Source of the DNA: Escherichia phage phiEco32
Direction: 5' to 3' (one strand)
DNA length: 64,000 nucleotides
Sequence record: NC_010324.1
The notes under the pieces were generated by a model. The model was not told the origin of the DNA, did not search any database, and saw only the letters and a program-made list of their open reading frames with translations. Below, one piece after another: positions 9,802-21,979 of this stretch (positions are counted from its first letter, which is position 1; every line of letters starts with the position of its first letter). The translations under genes were made by a program, and so were the position numbers.

Positions 9802-10770
9802 ATGGGACTTTTCGGAGGCGGGGGTAGTAAAACTACTTCCCAAATGATTCGCCCTGAATACATTCAACAGTATATTGACCAGCTTAACCAGCAGATCGGT
9901 AATACTAGTTCAGGGGATTATGTTTATCGAGATAATGTAGGGTTTAATAATAATCAGACAGAGGCACTTAACAACCTAGCACAATCTGGCGCTTTGGGCA
10001 CTCTCTCACAGCAATACATGGATGCAGCAGGTCAAGGCTTGGGTTATCTAGATAATGCCTATAAAGGCTATCAGAGCCTCTCTGGACAAGGTGGGATTAC
10101 TGGAGAACAGATTGGTGCTCTCGCTGGTCAACTGTATGATGATGACGCTGTGCAAGCAGCCATTACAGCTAATAATGAACAGGTTCAACAGAACTTGGCA
10201 CGTAACGCTCTTCCTCAGTTAGCTCAACAGTTTGCTGGTCAACAAGGTTCAGGTGCTCGTATGGCTAAATCTTTTGCCCAAGGTGATGCTCTGAATCAGA
10301 TGCAAGGCCAAGCAACAGATATTACCAATAGTGCCTATAACTCGGCTATTAGCCAAGCTGAAAGCATCCTCTCTGGTAATCGACAGAATCAGGCAGCTGC
10401 TCTCTCTGGTCTTTCTAATATTGGTTCTAACCTTTCTAACCTAGGTCAGCAGGGTGCTAATTTGTCTCAACAGCAAATAATGAATCAATGGAATGCAGGG
10501 TTGCAGCAACAACAGCAACAACAGAATGAATATGATAATGCCTACCAGAATGCTCAGAACGCAGCTAATTGGGGATGGCAAGATATCAACAACCAACTCG
10601 GTGCAGCAGGTGTACTTAACGGTGCTCTCGGACAAACTACAACTACAAAACAATCTGGTGGTAGTGGTGGCTTCTTAGGTGGAGCTATGAGTGGTGCAGC
10701 AGCAGGCTCTGCATTTGGGCCTTGGGGTGCATTAGCTGGGGGTGTAATCGGTGGGTTGGCTAGTACTTAA
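9802..10770 (+). CDS. Q/N/G-rich virion protein (paralog of 8737..9789)
   Basis: 322 aa; AAAGGAG RBS; ...NAANWGWQDINNQLGAAG... block similar to the previous gene. Confidence 0.5.
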   Translation: MGLFGGGGSKTTSQMIRPEYIQQYIDQLNQQIGNTSSGDYVYRDNVGFNNNQTEALNNLAQSGALGTLSQQYMDAAGQGLGYLDNAYKGYQSLSGQGGITGEQIGALAGQLYDDDAVQAAITANNEQVQQNLARNALPQLAQQFAGQQGSGARMAKSFAQGDALNQMQGQATDITNSAYNSAISQAESILSGNRQNQAAALSGLSNIGSNLSNLGQQGANLSQQQIMNQWNAGLQQQQQQQNEYDNAYQNAQNAANWGWQDINNQLGAAGVLNGALGQTTTTKQSGGSGGFLGGAMSGAAAGSAFGPWGALAGGVIGGLAST

Positions 10771-10783
10771 TTAGGAGATAAAT

Positions 10784-12439
10784 ATGCAACAGACAACTTA
10801 CGCTCAGGTCAGAAGTCGTGACCCGAGAAATACTTTCTATGGTGTTAATCCGGGAGCGGCTTCGGCCTCTCCTTATATGGCTAGACCAACTCAGACAGCA
10901 GATATTTCTATGTACCAACGTCCTGCCGTACCTTCATCTCTTGCGGGTCTTGTCTCTCAGGCAGAAGAAGATCAGAATGCTATGGTTAATCCGGGATTTC
11001 AGCAGCGTCTTATGGAACAACAGAATCAAGGAACTCCTACCAGTCTTCAGGGTATTGATATTGGAGCACCGGCTCCTGTAGCGGCTAACCCCAATCTCTC
11101 CACTGATCAGGGTTTACAGGATGCTGGGCTTATGCCTAGTGACCCTCTTCCGGTAACACCTCCTCCTAAACCACTAGAAGCTGGTCCTATGGAGTTTACT
11201 CCTTCTCAGGTGGAACAGGCACAAGGTGTGATTAACACTCTTGCTCAAGGACAAGACACCGGTGATGGGATGACTGCTGCTACTCGTGCTAAAGATCAGG
11301 AACGTGTTAACAATGATATCTTGCAAGTTGCGAAAGCTAAAGATCCTTCAGAAGCTTGGAACAAACTACAGAAAGAACCATTCTATCAGAACTCTAGTTT
11401 CTACACAGGGTTGATGGGTGTAGGTCTTTCCATTATGTCAGGTAAGTCTCCTATCGAAGCTTTCCAGATTGGTCAGGGAATGGCTAATCAAGATGAGACT
11501 AAGAAGCAACTGGAAGCTAACCGTGATGCTCTGATTGAACAAGGTTTCTCTCAAGACTCAATCGCAGCTGCTATTGCTAACGGAGACCCATCTCTTCTGA
11601 AGATGAAAGCTGTAGACCCTGCTCAGAAAGAAGCTCTGTATGCTGCTCGTGAAGAACGTCAGAATGCTGAATGGGATAGACGTCAACAGATTCAAGAGCA
11701 GGCTATGCGTGAACGTGCCGAGGAAACTCGTCGTGCTGCTGAAAAAAGAACTGATATGAACTTTGAACGTCAGAAAGAGTTGATTGGCTATCGTGATAAA
11801 GTTAAGGCTGAACGTGCTGAACAGGTTGCTCAAAGTTTCAACTTCCCCACGAAAGAAATTCGTAACGCTCAGAATACAGCTGAAGGTACTATCGCTAAGC
11901 AGTGGGCAGAGAAAGGTGGCCTGTTTAATCAGTCTAATAAAGACTTGGACTTGGCTGATAAAGCTGTTAAGGACAAAGACTATCAGACGGCCCGTTCTGC
12001 TTACATGCAGGCTATCATGAACTCCGCAAGGGCTGAAATTGGTTCTACTCGTTCTCTCACTGAAGAAGATTTGGGGCATTTTGCAGAAGACCCATCAATC
12101 TTTATCCGTGTAGGTAACAAGTTTGCTCTGAAGTCTGGATGGCGTCCTACTGATGCTGCTCTTGCTTATGCTCGTAAACAGGCTAACGTCGGTCACACCT
12201 CTGCTATGAAAGGTGTTGCTGATGCTAAGAGAGATACTATCAACGCTTATATTGGTTCTGGTATGGATAAGAAGAGAGCTACTGCATTGGTTAACCGTGC
12301 AATCCCTTCTGGTGGTTTCTATGACCCTCTTGGTGCTTTCTCTGAAGAAGCAGAGGAGGCAGTTGGTGGTGCAGCAACTAATCCTAAACTGAACGGTGCT
12401 TTATCGGCTGTCGAAGACACTAGCTGGTTCACGCAATAA
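10784..12439 (+). CDS. internal virion / ejection protein candidate
   Basis: 551 aa; TAGGAG RBS; Pro-rich N-terminal region then charged coiled-coil-like segments; in the virion module. Confidence 0.45.
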   Translation: MQQTTYAQVRSRDPRNTFYGVNPGAASASPYMARPTQTADISMYQRPAVPSSLAGLVSQAEEDQNAMVNPGFQQRLMEQQNQGTPTSLQGIDIGAPAPVAANPNLSTDQGLQDAGLMPSDPLPVTPPPKPLEAGPMEFTPSQVEQAQGVINTLAQGQDTGDGMTAATRAKDQERVNNDILQVAKAKDPSEAWNKLQKEPFYQNSSFYTGLMGVGLSIMSGKSPIEAFQIGQGMANQDETKKQLEANRDALIEQGFSQDSIAAAIANGDPSLLKMKAVDPAQKEALYAAREERQNAEWDRRQQIQEQAMRERAEETRRAAEKRTDMNFERQKELIGYRDKVKAERAEQVAQSFNFPTKEIRNAQNTAEGTIAKQWAEKGGLFNQSNKDLDLADKAVKDKDYQTARSAYMQAIMNSARAEIGSTRSLTEEDLGHFAEDPSIFIRVGNKFALKSGWRPTDAALAYARKQANVGHTSAMKGVADAKRDTINAYIGSGMDKKRATALVNRAIPSGGFYDPLGAFSEEAEEAVGGAATNPKLNGALSAVEDTSWFTQ

Positions 12440-12459
12440 GACCTAAGTCCTGCCTTCTA

Positions 12460-12468
12460 TAATGTATA
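12460..12468 (+). promoter_or_regulatory. candidate phage promoter element TAATGTATA(TAG)
   Basis: Exact 9-mer 38 nt upstream of ATG 12507 in the only sizeable intergenic gap of the structural block; the same motif recurs at matching distance upstream of minus-strand genes (29383, 33308). Confidence 0.35.
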
Positions 12469-12506
12469 TAGGGGGTAGGACATTTTTATTTATAAAAGGA
12501 GACGTT

Positions 12507-15500
12507 ATGGCTAACATTAAACCGTGGGAAGAAGCTTCCAAAGCTCCTGCGTATCTGAATGCCTCTCCGGAGCAACAAGCTCAAATGAGAGAACAATATA
12601 AGGCAGCAGGTGGCTCTATTCCTGAGGAACAACCAGTAGCACAACCACAACAAGAAGAACGTGGTGCTATAGGCGAGTTTGCTCAAGGTGTGTCAAATGC
12701 TCTTCAATCTGGTGGTGCAAATATTGCAGCTAGTGCTGCTAAAGGTATTGGTGGTTTAGTTGAGATCGGTGAGAATCTAGCTGGAGCACAGACTAGTTAT
12801 GGTAAGCGTATCCAAGAGAACTCTCAGAACCTTCTGAAAGAACGTATGGATAAGATTGAGGATGGGATTGGCAAAACTGTTGGTCAGTATGCTGGCGTTG
12901 CTGGTGATATTGGTATGACTGTTGCTAACCCATTGGCTGCTGCTGCTATCATCGCAGGTCGTGAGACAGGTCGTGCATATGCAGACCAAACCCCTGAAGA
13001 GGGAGAAGATAAGTCTATTCTAGATGCAGCCTTAGTTGGTGGTGCTAACTATGCGGCCCAGAGAATCCTTCCGGGTGCTGTCGGTACAGCTGAGTCCACA
13101 CTTGGACGTATTGGTCAGAACGTTGCCAGTAACGCAGTGGCTGGTGCTAAAGGTGGTGCTCTTGTTGGTGCTGCTGAAGTTCAGAACAAGTATGGGGATG
13201 ACAATGATCTAGCTAAGACATTGGAAGGTGTTATCGAAGAGGGGGCTATGGGTGCTGCATTTGGTGGCGCAGTTGGTGGGGTTCATGGTTTGATTAGCCG
13301 TCCGGATTCTGTTGTTTTCAAGAATACTCCAGAGTATGCGAAGACTGATATTGCTGCTGATGACGAACTGATTCGTAGTGCTAAGAATGTTGATGAACTG
13401 AAAGAGGCTTACTCTAAAGCTGAAACTGCTAACGCTGCTTCTGCTCTGAACCTTCTCGATGAGAATGGGTTCCGTATTACAGATGCTGTTGCTGTAGATT
13501 CTCCTGCTGCTCAGCGTATTCTTAACACTGACCAAGCTCGTGCTGAGAAAGCTGCTTCTGTTCAGAAAGAACACTCCAACATTCCGGGCCTTAATCCTTT
13601 AGCTTCTCCTGCTAAGACTCGTGGTAAAGCTTTCGCTGATAATGAGCACAACCAGAAACAGGCTGTTGCTATGAAGGATGCGATGGCTGACTATACCAAG
13701 GATAACACTAAAGCTCTTACAGATGTTTTAGATAACCTAGATCGTGAATTAACCTCTCTCCGAGCTTCTGGTGATTTTACTGGTAGTCCGATTGATATTA
13801 AGAATCGCACACAAGCTGACCGTGACTTCATTGATGCTTACAAGACTTTCTACAATGAAGCAAATCGATTCAAAGCTCGTGAAGGTGAAGACTTCAATAA
13901 CTTTGTAGAGAAAGCTGCTGAACTACAGAAGATGGCTGATAATGTTTCTCCAGAGATGAAGAAAGCTATTGGTGGTCTGAAGAAACTGAAGGGTATGCCT
14001 GAAGGTTTTAATCCTATTCAAGATGCTTACACTCTGAACAATACAGCTAAGTTCATGAGCAACCAAGATCGTGGTTGGACTTCCCTGACTGATGATGGGT
14101 TCCGTGAGGCCTCTTCTCCTAGTCTGGTAATGAACACTCTCGGTGCTGCTAAATATGCTCTGAATCGCTTCTCTTCTCAGCGTGCCCGTTCTCAACGTGT
14201 TAAGCAACAAGAGTCTAATAGTGAAGCTATCCGCTCTCTGGCTCGTGGTGATTTGGAAGTTGCTCGTGCTAAATCTACTGCTGATGAAGCTCGTGCTAAA
14301 ATGGAAGAAGAACCAGTTGTTGATGACATTAAATTTAAGACGCAAAATGACGTGGAAACCGAACCGGTTCGGGAGCCTTCTTCTAGTACTGTGACGGAAG
14401 AAAATCTTCCTTCTTCTGCTCCTCAAGAATCTCCTCTTACAGCTCGTGATTTAGTTGCGCAAAGACGTGCTATCCGTCAGGCTGAACAGCGTCGCGCTGA
14501 AGAAGAGGCAGCTGCTGCTCAAGAAGCTCCGGTTGAACAGGCTCCTCAGGCTGAACCTCTCCCTGCTCGTAATCCTCTAGAGGAACGTCGTGCAATGGAA
14601 CAGCAACGTGCTCAAGAAGAGGCTACACAGGCTCCAGAACCAACCGTAGAGGAACCAACAGTCAAAGCTGAGCCATTACCTGCTCGTGCTCCTAAAGCTC
14701 CTAAGGAAGCTGTACAGGACGTTAAACCGGCAAGTGGTGTAGAACGTTTAGCTGCTATGTCTAGTGCTGCTCGTCAGGCTACCAAAGATCGTGCAGAACG
14801 TTTTGCTCGTTCTCTGTACTCTAAGGCTGCTAAAGCTAAAGCCACTGCTGAAAACTTCTTGGCTTATAAAGGTGATCCTAAGGAATTGATGCGTCGTATT
14901 CGTCAGGAAGATAATGCTATCAACACTGAACGTCATGAAGAAATGGCTCGTAACCAGCTGGCTTCTCAGCAAGGTATTGCTACTGCTAAGAACAACACTG
15001 TACGAACTAATTTTGCTGAATGGGTTAAGGAACGTGGTCTGCCAGAAGACATTGCTACTAAGGCATTACGTGCTGAAGAGAAAGGTTTAGGTGGGAACGT
15101 AACTAACTTGGATAGTCTGAAACGTCGTGCTGAAAGGTTGTATCAGAAGCAGCGTGAGGATGAGTTTGATAGATTATATCAACAAGCTCTAGAAGAGAAC
15201 AAAGCTTTCGATAAGAAAGATGCTCCTAAACTGGTTGACCAGAAGAAAGAGCTTCAGTCTGAGATTGATGCTTTGATTGATTCAGAACCTTTACGTCCTG
15301 CTCAGAAAGATGCTATGCGTAAGCTGATGAATGACTTTGTAGATGGGAAGTTTAAATCTTCAGAGAAGGCTGGTAGGGAAGAGGCTTTGGAAGTTGGTCA
15401 GATGAAGGATATTTGGGATGGGTTTATTAACACCTACAACAGAGAAGTGAATGCCTTCAACAAAGCTAACAAGAACTCTCAGTACGAAGCTGCTGCTAAG

Positions 15501-16928
15501 CACTTACAGGCTCGTGAAGAACGTCTTGCTACCCTCAGGAAAAAGGCTCAGGCTCGTTCAGATGCTAAGGCTGCTGTTGAGAATGAACGTAAAACTCTAG
15601 AGGCTATTGCAGCTCAGAAGAGTGAGATTGAGAAGATGATGGAAGGTTTACCTAAACCTGTCCGTGAGGCTCAGGAATCTCGTACATTGAAACAGTTAGC
15701 TGCTCACCATGACAAGAACTCTCCAGTTCCTCCAGAGAAGTTCCGTAGTTATATCGAACGTATCCATAACGCCGAGTCAGATTACCTTGATCGTCAGCGT
15801 CGTTTAACTGATGCAGAGGAAGATGCTCGTCAGGCCAAGTGGAACAAGATGTATGAGCAAGCGGAAGAGATGAACCGTAAGTTTGATGTGGACAAGAGAG
15901 TTAAGCGCAGTGAAGAGCTTAAAGCGGCCCAAGAGCGTGAGAATGACCTTATGGCAGTACAACGTCAACGTGATGACATTCATCGCCGCCTGATGCGTAC
16001 TATGGAAGATAAGGGCATATCTAGAGAGGATGCTGAAGCATTTGCTGGTTCCTATATGGATAACCGTTATGCACTTCTTGAGAAGCCTATGACTCCTACT
16101 GAACATCAGAATGCTCGTTCTCGTATCGAAGCTGATGTTGAGAAGTTTGCTAAGAAATACGAATCAATGACTCCTATCGAGAAAGAGATTGTTAAGGTTA
16201 CTGGAGATACTGAAGGTAAGCTTGATAACTTGGATGCGGATACTAGGAAGGCTATTGAGGAGGCTCAGAAGGTTGACTCTGATATCAAGAAACTGCAAGA
16301 GGAAGAGTTGGAGATGGAGAAGATTCGTTCTGCTCTGCCTGATGATGAAAAATCTCAAGCAAATTCTGATATCTTGGAAAGCATTAAACAACAGGAAGAA
16401 GTCTTTGCTGATAAAGTAGAGAAAGCTTTCTTGAGTGGGAAAAGCTTGGATGAGTTGGCTAGTGTGGCTGAAGTTTTAGACAGGGTTCATGGTGCAGATA
16501 AGGCTGGTAACAACCGTCGCTTTGTACGTGCATTGCAGACTGCTGCTGAAAACAAGAAGAAGTATGGTGATAATCCAGTAGCTTGGTTTAGTGCTGATGA
16601 TTACTCTGCCATTGCTAAACTTGGTGCTTCTTCCGCAGGTGGTAACAAATCCAGAGCACTGGAGAAGATCTTTGGTTCTACAGCTGAACAGGCTAAGAGT
16701 AAGTTGCTTGGTAGGGATGATGTAGCGAAGATGAGACGTGTGATTGAAGAGAACCCTGATATCAAGATTCCTTCTTACAAGACAACAAATCGTACTGAGT
16801 ACTTGCAGTTCTTGGAGAAGTTTAATGACGAAGGGAAGCCTAAGATTAAACGTGGCTCATTGTCAGAGAAGCTTGAACGCAGTAAGCGTCAATCGAGACT
16901 CCGTGTAAGAGTTCGACCTAAGGAGTGA
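12507..16928 (+). CDS. very large internal virion protein (~1,473 aa), coiled-coil rich
   Basis: Start moved from 12462 to ATG 12507 (AAGGAG 4-5 nt upstream). Ala/Glu/Lys/Arg-rich with long predicted helical regions, typical of podovirus ejection proteins. Confidence 0.55.
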   Translation: MANIKPWEEASKAPAYLNASPEQQAQMREQYKAAGGSIPEEQPVAQPQQEERGAIGEFAQGVSNALQSGGANIAASAAKGIGGLVEIGENLAGAQTSYGKRIQENSQNLLKERMDKIEDGIGKTVGQYAGVAGDIGMTVANPLAAAAIIAGRETGRAYADQTPEEGEDKSILDAALVGGANYAAQRILPGAVGTAESTLGRIGQNVASNAVAGAKGGALVGAAEVQNKYGDDNDLAKTLEGVIEEGAMGAAFGGAVGGVHGLISRPDSVVFKNTPEYAKTDIAADDELIRSAKNVDELKEAYSKAETANAASALNLLDENGFRITDAVAVDSPAAQRILNTDQARAEKAASVQKEHSNIPGLNPLASPAKTRGKAFADNEHNQKQAVAMKDAMADYTKDNTKALTDVLDNLDRELTSLRASGDFTGSPIDIKNRTQADRDFIDAYKTFYNEANRFKAREGEDFNNFVEKAAELQKMADNVSPEMKKAIGGLKKLKGMPEGFNPIQDAYTLNNTAKFMSNQDRGWTSLTDDGFREASSPSLVMNTLGAAKYALNRFSSQRARSQRVKQQESNSEAIRSLARGDLEVARAKSTADEARAKMEEEPVVDDIKFKTQNDVETEPVREPSSSTVTEENLPSSAPQESPLTARDLVAQRRAIRQAEQRRAEEEAAAAQEAPVEQAPQAEPLPARNPLEERRAMEQQRAQEEATQAPEPTVEEPTVKAEPLPARAPKAPKEAVQDVKPASGVERLAAMSSAARQATKDRAERFARSLYSKAAKAKATAENFLAYKGDPKELMRRIRQEDNAINTERHEEMARNQLASQQGIATAKNNTVRTNFAEWVKERGLPEDIATKALRAEEKGLGGNVTNLDSLKRRAERLYQKQREDEFDRLYQQALEENKAFDKKDAPKLVDQKKELQSEIDALIDSEPLRPAQKDAMRKLMNDFVDGKFKSSEKAGREEALEVGQMKDIWDGFINTYNREVNAFNKANKNSQYEAAAKHLQAREERLATLRKKAQARSDAKAAVENERKTLEAIAAQKSEIEKMMEGLPKPVREAQESRTLKQLAAHHDKNSPVPPEKFRSYIERIHNAESDYLDRQRRLTDAEEDARQAKWNKMYEQAEEMNRKFDVDKRVKRSEELKAAQERENDLMAVQRQRDDIHRRLMRTMEDKGISREDAEAFAGSYMDNRYALLEKPMTPTEHQNARSRIEADVEKFAKKYESMTPIEKEIVKVTGDTEGKLDNLDADTRKAIEEAQKVDSDIKKLQEEELEMEKIRSALPDDEKSQANSDILESIKQQEEVFADKVEKAFLSGKSLDELASVAEVLDRVHGADKAGNNRRFVRALQTAAENKKKYGDNPVAWFSADDYSAIAKLGASSAGGNKSRALEKIFGSTAEQAKSKLLGRDDVAKMRRVIEENPDIKIPSYKTTNRTEYLQFLEKFNDEGKPKIKRGSLSEKLERSKRQSRLRVRVRPKE

Positions 16929-16930
16929 TA

Positions 16931-16970
16931 AAAGAAAAGCCCCAACCGAAAGGAAGGGGCTTTATTTGTT
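16931..16970. terminator. bidirectional rho-independent terminator at the convergence point of the two transcription blocks
   Basis: aagcccc-(12-nt loop)-ggggctt with T-runs on both sides (tttatttgtttc on plus; ttttctttt on minus). Confidence 0.5.
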
Positions 16971-17287
16971 TCTAAGTTTTAAAAACCATCAAATTCGTCA
17001 TACATCCCAATTCTCTTCAGAAGTCTGGATGTTCATCTTCAAAGCATCCTGAGATGCCTCCATAGAACCAATCCGATTTACTTCCAAGGATAACAACTTC
17101 TTCATTCATATACCCTCCTAGATTGTGTTTATAAAATTAGTAAGTTTCTCTTCACTTTCATCAAAATCTTTTCCAGCTGCTTCCATCTCCCAAGTATCGG
17201 CATTGTCAATAAAGCTCTGAGCTTCTAATAGATCGTGGATTAAGTCGAAGAGTTTATTTTTATCTGCTTGTGTGATCATGTCAGTTC

Positions 17288-17545
17288 CTAGATTAAATCG
17301 TAATACTGAATAATGTCAGAGAGTTTGAACTCTCGAATCTCATCTTTCTCTATATCTATCGCTGTCATAATCCAACAAGGTTTGCCACCGTTATGAAAAC
17401 GGGAGCTAGCAACGGAGGTTCGGAGTGGAATAACGGACCGGTCAGCAACCTCGCCTCTCCAATTGCGATAGCGAAAGCGAAGCACTTGTTGCGTAGATTT
17501 TTGATCATCACTCATTTCCTTTTTTGAATTGTTTTCTTGCATCAT
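17288..17545 (-). CDS. hypothetical protein
   Basis: 85-aa ORF, first minus-strand gene after the convergence terminator; no recognisable motif. Confidence 0.35.
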   Translation of the reverse strand: MMQENNSKKEMSDDQKSTQQVLRFRYRNWRGEVADRSVIPLRTSVASSRFHNGGKPCWIMTAIDIEKDEIREFKLSDIIQYYDLI

Positions 17546-17912
17546 TTTCCATCTTAGTTTTTAGTTTATGACAAGGGTCTTTACACAGAACCTGAAAACC
17601 TTCTTTCTCACACAGAGCACGAGAGATGATTTCGTCCCAAGTTGCTTCATGATCAAGAGGAACTATAGGATCTATGTGGTCAATAGCCATATCCTTTACA
17701 GGGTGGTCAGAACCACACATGGCACACTTAAAGTGCATTGCCAGTCTGCCTGTCTTTGGATTAATCTTCTGCTCTGTCTTGGCGTCTGCTAGTGCATCGA
17801 ACATGGGCTTCCACTTTCTAGTCAGAGAACGAATCCCTGACTTGATGAAAGAGTTATAACGAGCTTCAGTCCACTGATTACTGCATCTTGTTTTATTAGC
17901 CTTCATTTGCAT
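17508..17912 (-). CDS. HNH endonuclease
   Basis: Track ORF 17508..18032 trimmed to internal ATG (MQMKANKTRCS) because the upstream 40 codons overlap the neighbouring gene. Motif KCAMCGS...HPVKDMAIDHIDPIV...LCKDPCHKLK. Confidence 0.55.
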   Translation of the reverse strand: MQMKANKTRCSNQWTEARYNSFIKSGIRSLTRKWKPMFDALADAKTEQKINPKTGRLAMHFKCAMCGSDHPVKDMAIDHIDPIVPLDHEATWDEIISRALCEKEGFQVLCKDPCHKLKTKMENDARKQFKKGNE

Positions 17913-18348
17913 ACTCTCCGTGAAGCTTCTGTCTTTCTTCTCTAAGAGCTTCTGCGGCAGACTCCAGTGAGTCAAAAACTCCCAGTGAGTACCTCCTTTT
18001 ATTAGCAGAAATTCTTGCTCTCCATTTACCATTAGGCTCTTGGGTTATTCCTTTATATCCGGAAGTGTTATTGTTGTTAATTTTTCTATTGTAGGCATTT
18101 TCTAAAGGTGTTACTAGCCTGAGATTATCCCGTCTATTGTTTTGTCTATCGCAATCTATGTGATCTACAATCTTTCCAGAAATATCCAAACCTTCCATTA
18201 GAAAAACCAATCTATGCAACAGGTACTTCTTCCTGTCGATAAAAGCAAAAAGATACCCATCTCGGTCTACCTTAACTCTAAGTCCAGTAAATTCTCCTGT
18301 ACTTGGGTCATACTCAAAAGAGCATCTAGTCTTCTCAGACTTCGCCAT
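17896..18348 (-). CDS. HNH homing-type endonuclease with AP2 DNA-binding domain
   Basis: 150 aa; HNH_3-type motif VDHIDCDRQNNRRDNLRLVTPLEN then AP2-like YKGITQEPNGKWRARISANKRRYSLGVFDSLESAAEA. Confidence 0.75.
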   Translation of the reverse strand: MAKSEKTRCSFEYDPSTGEFTGLRVKVDRDGYLFAFIDRKKYLLHRLVFLMEGLDISGKIVDHIDCDRQNNRRDNLRLVTPLENAYNRKINNNNTSGYKGITQEPNGKWRARISANKRRYSLGVFDSLESAAEALREERQKLHGEYANEG

Positions 18349-18527
18349 AATCAGCTTCTTCCCAAACTCGTTTGTTTACACGATGACTCACTTTACCCTC
18401 ACGAGGAATACGACCAGTTCGCTGATCAAACAGTTGATGTTTAATCTTTTGGTCTTTACGAGATTCACGATTGGAGGAGTTTTCATCATATGAACGATAA
18501 TCAAATTTACCCATTATAATATCCTTA

Positions 18528-19355
18528 TTACCAAGATTTATCTAACCATGTCCAGTCGAACAGGTCTTCCGGAGTCTGACCAACAAAGAGAAGCCGAGCA
18601 TTCTCAAGCATCTTCTCTTCATCTTCAGTATCGAACTTCTTATAATATTCCATTCGTACTATATGATACATGGTCCACTTGTCTGTAACACCAGCCAACA
18701 ACTTAGCTGCTGCTTTCTTCCCTATTCCTTGACGTCGAAGCTGAAGCTTACCTCCCCACATAACTTCTTTACGTTCTCCACATCCGGGGATATTATCTGT
18801 ACCATCTCCAACCAGCATCTGATAGAAGAAATTTTGCCATGAAACTAAATCAGACACGTAGTGAGGAGGAACCTCTTTCTGTCTTTCTCCACAAGCCCAA
18901 CGATAATGCCATCCGGGAGTTATCAACAAATCTTTGTCTCTAGTACAGATGATAGTATTCTTATCTCTGCGTTGCCTTTCGGCTAGTGCATCATCAGCCT
19001 CTCTCCCAAATACGTCTATGTATTCATATTTACCTTTAATGTAATCACCAACATTTTGCCAGTGAAAAGGTCTTTCTCCGGGAGGTCTATTTGCTTTGTA
19101 GTCTTGCTGTTTAGCAACATCAAAACGGAAGTTACCACCTTCGCTGAAGTAGAACACAACCTTGCTACAACCTGATCGAGCTATGATTGTATCAATCTTA
19201 TACTGAAGTCGTTCAATCATGAAATTGTAATCAACTGGAACACGTCCTGTGTCAAGGAAGGGATGCTCCTGAGTAAGAGCACCCACTTCATACCGAAGAA
19301 CGTCAGCGTCCACTATAGCAACTTCAGGGAGCTTAACTTCTTCCATAAATATCAT
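18528..19355 (-). CDS. 5'-3' exonuclease / flap endonuclease (FEN, RNase H-like)
   Basis: Motifs AIVDADVL, TRDKDLL and GDGTDNIPGCG (metal-binding carboxylate clusters of the PolI 5'-nuclease family). Start ambiguous (ATG 19355 or 19346; track used TTG 19370); overlaps the upstream gene end. Confidence 0.7.
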   Translation of the reverse strand: MIFMEEVKLPEVAIVDADVLRYEVGALTQEHPFLDTGRVPVDYNFMIERLQYKIDTIIARSGCSKVVFYFSEGGNFRFDVAKQQDYKANRPPGERPFHWQNVGDYIKGKYEYIDVFGREADDALAERQRRDKNTIICTRDKDLLITPGWHYRWACGERQKEVPPHYVSDLVSWQNFFYQMLVGDGTDNIPGCGERKEVMWGGKLQLRRQGIGKKAAAKLLAGVTDKWTMYHIVRMEYYKKFDTEDEEKMLENARLLFVGQTPEDLFDWTWLDKSW

Positions 19356-20222
19356 CCTGAGCTTGAGCAATAATCCAATCTAGATCTGATACTGCTGATT
19401 CAATAGTTGAGTCATTAAACAGTAGATATGTTTTTCTCTGTTCGCCTTCAATATATGAGCGAGAGTCTCCATCAAAAGAGCAACCATCTCTAAGAACTTG
19501 GACAACTTGGACATGGAAATTCTTTTCTAGTTCTCGTACCTCTGCATCAAAACCTCCGTCAGTAAACACGACAATATCATCCTGACCTAGCCCTTCTTGT
19601 TTGATACTTTTTACAGCAAGATTCCCCATATGATTGTTTCCAAACATAGGTTTTAAGAAGTCTTCACTTGTAGAAATCATCAAATCTCTTACAGACTTCC
19701 CTCCCCATTCTGGTCTAGGTTTTTCTTTCCATTCACGATCTTCATAGCGTGCTAGAAAGTTTTCTAGAGGTATTCCTAGTGCAGCAGCAGCTACTCTGTA
19801 CATTGGCTCCTTGAAGGATTTGGTTGAATATCCATGGTGGTATGAATGGGCATTGACCCAAGCATTGGCTATCGTATCTTTACCACAACCCGGAGGCCCA
19901 TTAAGAATTACTACTAAAGGCTTATAGTGGGAACCTCCCACCATATTGGTCAGTGCTGGATTGCCTTGAGATTCCATTTCTAATTGCTCCGTGTGGTCAT
20001 GTGAGTAGTCTATTGGAGAAGTTTTGTTACCAGTAACTTTAGGTAAAATCGCTCTAGTTGTTTCTACGTATTTACCGCCATCAATATTGATTTGAAACTC
20101 TACAAGCTCATTCTGTAACTCATATCCTGATAAGTTGGATAGCTCCTCCAACTCATCTCTGACGAAATTTAAATGTTTGATTTTAATTGCAAGAGCTTTC
20201 TTTAAAGCTTTTACCTCTTCAT

Positions 20223-20232
<10 letters not shown>
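19333..20232 (-). CDS. P-loop kinase, dNMP-kinase-like (T4 gp1-like) with N-terminal coiled-coil extension
   Basis: Walker A VVILNGPPGCGKDT; downstream DIVVFTDGGFD resembles the T4 dNMP-kinase layout. Assignment by motif only. Confidence 0.45.
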
Positions 20233-21718
<1,486 letters not shown>

Positions 21719-21719
<1 letters not shown>

Positions 21720-21979
21720 TATTCTATTCCACGTTCTTTCAGAGCTTCTAGCAATCCATTGTGATTGGCAGCACATTCTGTGTACTGGTCCTGATACCAC
21801 TCCAACGTAGTGGCTAGTGCTTTTCCTTGAGCACTTTCTAAAAGAGGCAGGTCAACCCTACATTCAGCTTTTAGGTTTGTTGGTAAGGGCATTGATTGCC
21901 TGCTGTTGTCGCTCATTGAACAAGCTGACATACTCATCACTAGCGCAGACATTATAAAAAACTGGTTTAGTTTTCTCAT
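21719..21979 (-). CDS. o-spanin candidate (outer-membrane lipoprotein) starting inside the i-spanin gene
   Basis: Track ORF 21719..22078 trimmed to MRKLNQFFIMSALVMSMSAC: signal peptide with lipobox-like MSAC, ~60-aa mature part with Cys and Pro; begins in the +1 frame within the 3' part of 21864..22238. Confidence 0.4.

Noticed and set aside
10441-16419. Minus-strand track ORFs inside the plus-strand structural genes (10441..10653, 11558..12079, 12486..12686, 12777..12989, 13209..13574, 13923..14426, 14748..14972, 15804..16106, 16164..16391) and short plus-strand ones in other frames.
   Set aside because: Fully embedded antisense or out-of-frame within long, well-supported genes; no ribosome-binding sites noted; low-complexity translations.
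17912-18032. N-terminal 40 codons of track ORF 17508..18032.
   Set aside because: They overlap the 3' end of the AP2-HNH gene in another frame; an internal ATG with GGAGA upstream (MQMKANK) is the more likely start.
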